NCBI RefSeq assembly: GCF_009914755.1
Contig: NC_060937.1
Reading direction: 5' to 3' (one strand)
Length of the DNA: 64,000 bases
Source of the DNA: the human T2T-CHM13v2.0 reference genome, Homo sapiens
The first letter of the stretch is position 1. The number at the start of each line of letters is the position of its first letter. This document shows positions 38,815 through 64,000 of the stretch, one piece after another. A program made the translations under genes and the position numbers. The notes beneath the pieces were generated by a model. It did not search any database. It had not been told where the DNA came from and worked only from the letters and a program-made list of their open reading frames with translations.

Positions 38815-40240
38815 ATGCATCTGATGGGGACTGATGGGGACTCATGGGAACTGACAGAGACTGATGGGGCTGATGGGTCTGATGGGGATGATGGAGTCTG
38901 ATGGGGACTAATGGGGTGTGATGGGGTCTGATGGGGTCTGATGGGGACTCATGGGGTCTGCTGGGGACTGATGGAGTCTGATGGGGACTGACGGGGACTA
39001 ATGGGGTGCGATGGGGTCTGATGGGGACTCATGGGGTCTGCTGGGGACTGATGGAGTCTGATGGGGACTGACAGGAACTAATGGGGTGTGATGGGGTCTG
39101 ATGGGGACTCATGGGGTCTGCTGGGGACTGATGGAGTCTGATGGGGACTGACAGGAACTAATGGGGTGTGATGGGGTCTGATGGGGACTCATGGGGTCTG
39201 CTGGGGACTGATGGAGTCTGATGGGGACTGACAGGGACTAATGGGGTGTGATGGGGTCTGATGGGGACTCATGGGGTCTGCTGGGGACTGATGGAGTCTG
39301 ATGGGGACTGACGGGGACTAATGGGGTGTGATGGGGTCTGATGGGGACTCATGGGGTCTGCTGGGGACTGATGGAGTCTGATGGGGACTGACAGGAACTA
39401 ATGGGGTGTGATGGGGTCTGATGGGGACTCATGGGGTCTGCTGGGGACTGATGGAGTCTGATGGGGACTGACAGGAACTAATGGGGTGTGATGGGGTCTG
39501 ATGGGGACTCATGGGGTCTGCTGGGGACTGATGGAGTCTGATGGGGACTGACAGGGACTAATGGGGTGTGATGGGGTCTGATGGGGACTCATGGGGTCTG
39601 CTGGGGACTGATGGAGTCTGATGGGGACTGACGGGGACTAATGGGGTGTGATGGAGTCTGGTGGGGACTGATGGGGTCTGTTGGGGTCTGATGGAGTCTG
39701 ATGGGGACTGATGGGGTCTGATGGGGACTGACGGGGACTAATGGGGTGTGATGGGGTCTGATGGGGACTCATGGGGTCTGCTGGGGACTGATGGAGTCTG
39801 ACGGGGACTGACGGGGACTAATGGGGTGTGATGGGGTCTGATGGGGACTCATGGGGTCTGCTGGGGACTGATGGAATCTGATGGGGACTGACGGGGACTA
39901 ATGGGGTGTGATGGAGTCTGGTGGGGACTGATGGGGTCTGTTGGGGTCTGATGGAGTCTGATGGGGACTGATGGGGTCTGATGGGGATGACGGGGTCTGG
40001 TGGTGACTGAAGGAGTCTGATGGGGACTCATGGGGACTCATGGGGTCTGCTGGGGACTGATGGAGTCTGATGGGTCTGATGGGGTCTGATGAGGGTGATG
40101 GGGTCTGATGGGGACTGATTGGGACTAATGGGGTGTGATGGCATCTGGTGGTGACTGATGGGGTCTGTTGGGGTCTGATGGAGTCTGATGGGGATGAAGG
40201 GGTCCGATGGGGACTAATGGGGTGTGATGGGGATGATCGG
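38815..40240. repeat. 10-bp G-rich satellite with an 80-bp higher-order unit
   Basis: ATGGGGACTC ATGGGGTCTG CTGGGGACTG ATGGAGTCTG ATGGGGACTG ACAGGAACTA ATGGGGTGTG ATGGGGTCTG repeated. Confidence 0.96.
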
Positions 40241-40994
40241 CACTGGTGGGCTGGCCCATGGGCTGCGGCCACATTTCCATGCTGAAGAGCCTGATGTGGT
40301 CTGATTTATTTTTTTAAAAAGTATTTCCCCAGTTATTCTGTAGCTTGCTGTCTGACAAGAGTGGAGGCAGGGGCCAGTGAGAAGGGTTAGAGAGGACAGT
40401 GGCCTGGAGGAGGAGCAGATGGAGAGGAGGGATCGCCTCTGGATTCTTTGCTGAGGTGGGTGCAGCAGGAGCTGCTTCTGGGGTGGATTCGTCCAGATTT
40501 GTTAATTGCCTTCATTCTTCTCTACTTCATCTGCCTCAGGAAAGAAGGGAGTACGTATCTGGAAGGCTTAATTCAGACTATTTTTACTGTTGAAAAATAA
40601 TGACATTGTCTAGGTTAGAATTTAGGAGCAGTAATATAAAGATTCGTGAGATGAAAGTTGTACGTCCAGAGAAACCTACTTACACCTGGAATAGCGTTAC
40701 TGGATTTAGCAAATAAAAATGCAAATACAGGACACCCAGAGTGAGACATACTTTTACTAATATAGAGGAAGAAGTCAAAGCAAAACAAAACACTTCCTCT
40801 AATCTATTGCTTGAGGGACCTGGGAATTCCTTGGACCTGGGAATCAACGTGATCAGGCAGATTAACAAGAGAAAAAGACAATTTTAATTATGTAAGTATT
40901 CACAGTGGCTGGCCAAAAAAAAAAAAAAAAGTGGCCGAAGCAGGTGGCCAGAATCTTTCCCCTGATCCAGGAGAGAATTCACTGGGTCTGGTGC

Positions 40995-41960
<966 letters not shown>

Positions 41961-42101
41961 TCAGGCTAGACAACGGATAAGGGGGTTTGGGCTTTTGGAG
42001 GGCAGGTAAGAAACGGGAAGGTGACCAGGAAGTGTGTAGTGAACAAGGTTGTTTAGTAAATGTGTTACGTAGGCCAGGCACAGTAGCTCACACCTGTGAT
42101 C

Positions 42102-42489
42102 TGTGAAAGGAAATTAAATCTTGAGACCCCAAACTCATTTAGCCAAAGGAAAAAGTCAAGTTGGGGACTGGATCATGCAAACTTGCCTCCCCTTTTGGTT
42201 TCTAAATAAGATGGCTGCAAGATGAGAAGCTCCATACCTCCCTAATATTTTGCCCACAAGGAAATTTTTACTGAGCTCCGAGATCTTTACTCTAAGGTGT
42301 TTCCATAAAGATTTCACTATGGCAATGTAAACTGATTCCTCATCTTTACAGGTGCAGTCACCCATGGCCCATCAGACACAAATGCATACCCAATTGTTTC
42401 CCTGCCCCATTTTGTCTGTGTGATCTTATGTAAAAATACAGATTCACTGAGGCAGACAGAGGCATGAATGACTCTTTTCCCCTACCCTC

Positions 42490-42490
<1 letters not shown>
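42102..42490 (+). mobile_element. MER4A1-like LTR 5' part
   Basis: TGTGAAAGGAAATTAAATCTTGAGACCCCAAACTCA..GCCAAAGG.AAAAGTCAAG. Confidence 0.8.
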
Positions 42491-42785
<295 letters not shown>

Positions 42786-42912
42786 AAACTTGTGCTGATT
42801 CATCAGGGACCACCCCAAACAGAATGATGGCGTTTTGCTCCTACCTGGGCGTGTTTGTGTGTGCCCAAGTCTGTGTTTGTGTCGGAAAGCTGATGTCAAG
42901 GTCAAACACATG

Positions 42913-43255
42913 ATCAATGTTCCAAGCAGGGCACAGGCAGGGCCTGGCTGGTCAGCGCCATTTCTGTCAATCAATGTTCCAAGCAGGGCACGGGCAGGGC
43001 CTGGCTGGTCAGCGCCATTTCTGTCAATCAATGTTCCAAGCAGGGCACGGGCAGGGCCTGGCTGGTCAGCGCCATTTCTGTCAATCAATGCTCCAAGCAG
43101 GGCACGGGCAGGGCCTGGCTGGTCAGCGCCATTTCTGTCAATCAATGTTCCAAGCAGGGCACGGGCAGGGCCTGGCTGGTCAGCGCCATTTCTGTCAATC
43201 AATGTTCCAAGCAGGGCACGGGCAGGGCCTGGCTGGTCAGTGCCATTTCTGTCAT
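42913..43255. repeat. 57-bp VNTR (6 copies)
   Basis: ATCAATGTTCCAAGCAGGGCACGGGCAGGGCCTGGCTGGTCAGCGCCATTTCTGTCA; 19-aa periodicity. Confidence 0.96.
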
Positions 43256-43528
43256 CACAGTTTCCATCTTCCACTGGAGTTTTCATGTCAAGAGTTCCTC
43301 AGCGTTTCTCACTATGAAAATGTCCCAACCCTGCAATTCCATGGTGACGTGCAGGCCAGTGGACGTCTCAGGGGACCCCACGTGCGCTTCCAGGAAGAAG
43401 TTGGAGCAGTTTTGGCTCTATCCTCCAGCAGCCGACTCTAGGCTTCTGAGAATTTCAGCTTCTTTGGCTGTCGGGGGCATTTTCTTTCTCTTCCATTTGG
43501 CTTTTTCTTAGGAGGCAAAACAGTTTTA

Positions 43529-43883
<355 letters not shown>

Positions 43884-44479
43884 TCAAAAAAAAGTTCCAC
43901 CAAACAAGGTGAGAAGCTTGATTGTTTGTTTTGGAATAATCTACAAGCATCCTGAGATTTTCTCCAATCCCTCGGTGGCAGGGGATCAGCAAAAACTGAA
44001 GTTTGTGGTGCAAAAGTGTGTAAAGCTAGTTACACGCACATTCCCAGGTCCTTCCAAAGCAAATTGTTCAAAATGACCCCAAGGAGCCAAATCAATTAAA
44101 AATATGCAATTATTATTTGTACATTAAAAATAAAATTTAATAAGATAATATAAGTATGAAAAACTATGCTCATAGCCACAGATTTGTTTGCGGGAGCCAC
44201 TTAGGAAAGAATAATTAAACAAGCGGCCCAGAGAGGCGGAAGTCCAGGAGGAGGGTGTTTATTTTTAGAGGCCGTTGACATTTATCAACAACCAGCTCCC
44301 GGCAGGTAGGAGCCGCCCCTCACCGCCTGGAGCTGCAGCCTTCAGCTGTGGAGGGAGTGGATGCTGGCTGACCCCTCCCTGCGTCCTGCGGTGGTTCCCC
44401 TTCACTCAGCAGGCATCTCCTCCCTGTCCGTCAGAGATAGGCCCGCATGCTGTCCCCTTCCCCCTTTTAACGTTTGGCA

Positions 44480-44692
44480 ATATCTATATAACATAAAATT
44501 GACCATCTTAACCATTTGAAGCTTGCAGTTCAGCGGCATGAAGTGCAGCCAACACCACTGTCCTCTCCAGAACTTTCCATCCTCCCGAAGTGAACTCTGG
44601 ACCCACTGATCACACACTCCCCACTCCCTTCCCCAGCACCTAGCACCCACCTTCTCATTTATGTCTCAGTGGATTTCACTCCTCTGAGGACC
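44480..44692 (-). mobile_element. L1MB 3' end (continues at ~55770-55852)
   Basis: ACATAAAATTGACCATCTTAACCATTT..CTCCAGAACTTT..CTCTGAGGACC | CTTACGTAAGTGGGATC..TGTCCTTCTGTGTCTGGCT.ATTTCACTCAGCAT. Confidence 0.75.
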
Positions 44693-44777
44693 GTGCTAAG
44701 GAAAGAAAAGAACTTGCATCTGAGGAAGGCAAATCCTTTCCAATGATCAGGCCCAGAGAAACATTAAAATAGGACTG

Positions 44778-45865
<1,088 letters not shown>

Positions 45866-45869
45866 CCCC

Positions 45870-54868
<8,999 letters not shown>

Positions 54869-55414
54869 TGTCAGGCATGTTTGAACCAGAGCAACTCCAT
54901 CTTGAGTAGGAGCTGGGTAAAATGAGGCTGAGACCTATTGGACGGCATTCCCAGGAAGTGAGACATTCTAAGTCACAGGATGAGATAGGAGATTGGCACA
55001 AGATATAGATCATAAAGACCTTGCTGATAAGACAGGTTGCAGGAAAGAAGCCGGCCAAACCCACCAAAACCAAAATGGCCACAAGAGTGACCTCTGGTCA
55101 TCCTCACTGCTACACTCCCACCAGCTCCGTGACAGTTTACAGATGCCATGGCAACGTCAGGAAGTTACCCTATATGGTCTAAAAAGGGGAGCATGAATAA
55201 TCCACCCCTTGTTTAGCATATCATCAAGAAATCACCATAAAAATGGGCAACCAGCAGCCCTCAGCTGCTCGCCTATGGAGTAGCCATTCTTTATTTCTTT
55301 ATTTTCTTAATAAACTGGTTTCACTTGTCTCTATGGACTCGCTCTGAATTCTTTCTTGCGCGAGATCCAAGAACGCCCTCTGGGGGTCTGGATCGGGACC
55401 CCTGTCTGGTAACA
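54869..55414 (+). mobile_element. MER41A 3' LTR (complete)
   Basis: TG...CA termini, AATAAA near 55309, TTCTTTCTTGCGCGAGATCCAAGAAC..GGTAACA; 4-bp TSD ACTG at 44774-44777 and 55415-55418. Confidence 0.92.
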
Positions 55415-56144
55415 ACTGCAGATATCTCCCTCCAACACATTGAGCTGTGTGTTGATGTCTTGGAACTTGCTAGCTGTGAATTAACCTAACAATGCCATCC
55501 CCCACCCTGCAACCCACACCCTGCAGCTCAACGGTGCACAGCCCATCACTAATCAATGTTATTTCTGTCAACCAACAAGAATTCCTGAAAAACAACTTTG
55601 TATCAGCCACTCCCTGTTCCCCTTTTTGCCTTTAAAATCCTGATTGTAATAAAGGCCTAATGGGGCTCATATCCAAGGCCACTCGAGTCTCCCAGGCAGC
55701 TGTCCTCACCTTGGCTCAAGTCAACTCTTTAAATCATAATTTGCACCTCAGCCTCTTCCTTCTTGTCACCCTTACGTAAGTGGGATCCCACAGAATTTGT
55801 CCTTCTGTGTCTGGCTAATTTCACTCAGCATGGTGTCCTCAAGCTTCACCCAAGTTCCAGGGTAGGGAGGTTTTCATACAATTTTGTAGCCCGCGTAACC
55901 TCTCTACTGTGGGAGGTGCTCCGAAAGTGAATTTGGTTGACTCTCTTTCCTCCTTGAGCTTTTCTTGGACACATTTCTGGCTTGGTGGGCCAAAGTCTGC
56001 TAAGAAGAAACTCATCTCTGTCCATCAAAGGGGGAAATGGTGAGGGCTGTATGCCCTGGGAGCGGCCACCCTCTCAGAAGACACAGAAACAGAGCACTTT
56101 AACCTCCTTCTATCAAAGTCCTAGAAGAGGAAGGTGTGCTTTAA

Positions 56145-57439
<1,295 letters not shown>

Positions 57440-57699
57440 TCACCCCTAAGGAGAGGACACGCAGTCAGTCCGACTGGCAAAGTGGCCGGATCAGCGCCTG
57501 GCTGTGCCACCCCACATGGAGTGCCACACGCGGTCACAACAGCCCCATGACGTAGGTCCCAGTATTACTATTTTAGGGAAGACTGTGGTACACGCACCCG
57601 GACACACAGTTGCACATATGGCCACACAGGCCTCCACCTCTACTACCCAGACAAGTGCCCCAGTGCGCATCACACATGCACATGGGTGTGTACACAGCC

Positions 57700-57878
57700 T
57701 GCCCAGACACAGCCCTCCACAACACAGGGACCCACCCATGCACACACGCGTGTGCACACACACCAAGCAGACACGGCCCCTACACAACACAGGGACCCAC
57801 CCATGCACACACGCGTGTGCACACACACCAAGCAGACACAGCCCTCCACAACACAGGGACCCACACATGCACACACTA
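57700..57878. repeat. ~64-bp tandem repeat (~2.7 copies), CA/TG-rich
   Basis: CAGACAC.GCCCTCCACAACACAGGGACCCACCCATGCACACACGCGTGTGCACACACACCAAG. Confidence 0.88.
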
Positions 57879-57879
57879 A

Positions 57880-58560
57880 GGAAATGTGGAAACACTACGT
57901 GACCTCCGGTGGCAAGGCCATGGCTGGAAGCCCTGCAGCCTCTCCGGCTTCCAGGTCCTGATGCCAAGGCTGCCCCTCCCAGAATCCACGAGGAGGTCAC
58001 CGTCCCCGCTCCGCACCAGGGAGGGGCTCCAGAAGCCCGGAGGCCAGCGCCGAGGTCCCCGCACGTACGCCTGTGTCCCCGGCTCTGGGGAAGGCAACCG
58101 TCCCTTAGGGGGCCGGGAACCTGCGCGCCGCCCCGACTCCCGCCCACCCCGGCGGCTCCCGGCGGCTCCCGGCGGCGTCCGGATGTGGCAGCAGCTCGCG
58201 GGCCGGGGCTTCCTCTTGCAGCAGCCGCCGCCCGGGAGGCCGGCAGCGCCCCCTGGCGGACTCAGGCAGGAGGCGTCCGGCGAGGCGGGCGCGGGGTAGG
58301 CGGGCGCGGGACGGTGCAGCCCGAGGCCTGTCCCTGCAGGTGCAGGAGGGACCCGTCGCTCCCCTGCGCACCGAGGGGGCGACAACCCCTCCCAGAGACC
58401 TGCTGCCCGCGGAGCCTCCCCCAGTGACTCGTGCGGTCCCCAAAGGAGAGGCGGGAAGCCGAGTCCTGGAGAAGCCTGGAGACAATGGGCAACAGGGGCA
58501 TTGGGCCTCCGTCCAGCCCCCGCCAGCGCCCCAGGGTCACACATAGGCCTTTATTTTCTG
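57880..58560. promoter_or_regulatory. Intergenic CpG island with a CTCF motif
   Basis: High CpG density; minus-strand TCCGCCAGGGGGCGCTGC at 58243-58260; ETS-like CCGGATGT near 58179. Confidence 0.8.
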
Positions 58561-58740
58561 ATCCTGAAAGTGATGCAAATGCATTTAAATTAACGCAGAA
58601 AGCAGTGACAGATAACGACGGGAAAACACACCTACACATCGGGTGTTCGTGGATAACCACTGCTCACCTTTTTTCGCGTTTCTCTTTCTTTGCCCCCTTC
58701 ACACGTATTTACATATTTGAATCTACTATTTTATACTGGA

Positions 58741-60967
<2,227 letters not shown>

Positions 60968-61318
60968 TTCTTGATTATTTTATCATCATCATTATTGATT
61001 GAGCAATGGAAATCTGTAACTTATTTGGTGCTTTTTTTGGGTTCTTATTTCTTCAAGATTTGGAAAATTCTTCCCTACGTGCAGATTTGCTGGTGGGTTG
61101 AGCGCCTTCTTCCAGTTGGGGATTAAGACATGACTTCCAGTGGTACAGGCCGTAAGGAAACAGCCATCCAGAGAATTCAACAGCTCTTTCTCCGCTCTTC
61201 AATACAACATGACCTGTGGTCTTTTGTTCTTTTATTTTTTATTTTACTTTCATTTTTAAATAGAGACGGGGTCTCACTATGTTGCCCAGGCTGGTCTGGA
61301 ACTCCTGGTCTCAAGTGG

Positions 61319-62241
<923 letters not shown>

Positions 62242-62692
62242 CTCCCCGCTTGGCCTCCTTTGTTCTTCTAGGAGAAGATGCCTCGGCACTTTCACGAGTT
62301 TGGGGTGTGCACAGATGGGGCTTCTAGTAGGCTCCTGTGCCTTCGAGTGGCTTCCCAGACACCGCCTGGGGTTGTGGACCTGAGCCAGGCCAGTCCTCTC
62401 GCTGTCAGAGAAACGGCGTGCACTGCTCAGCTGCTCAGTCCTGGGCTTTGGGGGCTACGTGACATCCATTCCTGTCAAAAATCCATGGCGGCCATAAAGA
62501 TTCAGCAAATGCACCGACGCTCAAACAGACAAATGTCCCGGCACTTCCTTTTGTGGTTGGGGCTTTTTCTTCTGTTCAGGGAAACATTTGTCTACCCCAA
62601 GCTTATAACAATATCCCAAGAATGGGGTTTGATCAGACTTCTATGTACACCAGTCTCACAGACGCCCTCAATAAGTGCTTTTAAAAGTTCTA

Positions 62693-63007
<315 letters not shown>

Positions 63008-63689
63008 CTAATGAAAGCCTGTGTCATAGCTTAATTGACAGGGGTTTTCTTTCAGGACAAGAGGTGCCTGCACCATCCCAAAGCCTCGGCTGCCGGGCCA
63101 GTGCTCTCAGACACGAGGCATCAGCTCGTTTCAGTGGAACAAGCTTTCCTCCTCACAAGATGCCAAGAACCCGCGCCACCCACGGGCACAGCAGGGGTTT
63201 GGAATGCAGGCATTCCCAGCTAGGTCTGGCGTGAGCTTAAACCACCCGTTGTTAAATCCTCATGAAAAGTCACTTACAAAGTTCTCCTGCATACAGAGTA
63301 GTGGAGGGCAGAGGGTGTCTCACAGGCCTGCTGGGCCCGTTGCACCCATACTCCTTCCCTCCCTTCTGTCCAGTCTCCCTCCGTGTCCCAGAGGACACCC
63401 CAGCCCTTTGGCCCCCCGCGGCCCAGGTGCAGTGGCCGAAGTCCAGCTCCCTGGGTCTTGCTCCGAGGCCGGCACAGTCTTGACTGGACCAAGAGAGGGT
63501 CTGGGGAGTGCATGGCCTTGTCTCTCTAAGCACATCCTAAGGAGTTCTCCTCCCACTTGGGGCCTTGCCCCAGACCCTCCCTCCTGCCCAGGAGCACTGC
63601 TCCAGGCTGGCCACATTCACCCGATGGGGGCTCTGCCCCTCGCCCCAGGCCTGAGTCCTACCTCATTTATGCGGCTGCTTCAACAATGC

Positions 63690-64000
63690 AAGGAAGAGAT
63701 TTGTAATGGGAAAGGTATTTTATTTCTTTTTGAAATTATTTCCAGCTGAATGATGTTAGTAAAAATACAGAGAGAATACAACAAATGACATTTAGTAATT
63801 TTTTCTGACTAACCCATTTTAGGGTTGTTTATATACAAAGAAGAATATGAACAAGAACAAATTTAATAAATAGCTGTAGCCTAATACACAACCGAAAGAC
63901 CGTAACTCCAACAGCAGAGACACCCTGAGAACAGAATAAGGAGGTGGTGCTGAGCGTGTAAAATCCCAGACAACGACCCTCCCTGAGCGAGTGTCCTGAA
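63690..64000 (-). other. Possible 3' end (poly(A) signal and AU-rich UTR) of a minus-strand transcript entering from the right
   Basis: Minus-strand AATAAA at 63719-63724 followed by a CA and a U/GU-rich stretch; abrupt AT-rich segment; ADPRHL1 is recalled as the next gene. Confidence 0.3.

Overview
Human (primate) genomic DNA, GC-rich and Alu-dense. It contains the 5' part of GRTP1 (TBC1D6, a TBC-domain Rab-GAP; chr13q34 from recalled knowledge) on the minus strand. Five coding exons with canonical GT-AG sites splice in frame (26251-26220, 26110-25962, 17551-17393, 13077-12953, 6507-6411; 562 nt) to give MQPAERSRVPRIDPYGFERP...IRTDLNRTFP...GYCQGMNF...GRILP. The remaining exons lie left of the window. 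The promoter is a CpG island with a G-rich repeat. The ~37 kb upstream is mostly transposon-derived, including an 11-kb nested insertion (L1MB > solo LTR > MER41A provirus > L1PB > Alus), and holds a second CpG island with a near-consensus CTCF site. There are many minisatellites (30, 45, 48, ~20, 10/80, 57, ~64 bp), several seeded inside old transposons. Nearly all ORFs in the supplied track are Alu, L1, repeat or GC-content artefacts. I found no convincing new biological system. The best leads are three identical tandem splice donors after exon 2, a VNTR multiplying a PBX-MEIS/PREP decamer, a stop-free sense-strand VNTR, and chimeric or converted Alus. Repeat subfamily names are from memory and need RepeatMasker confirmation.
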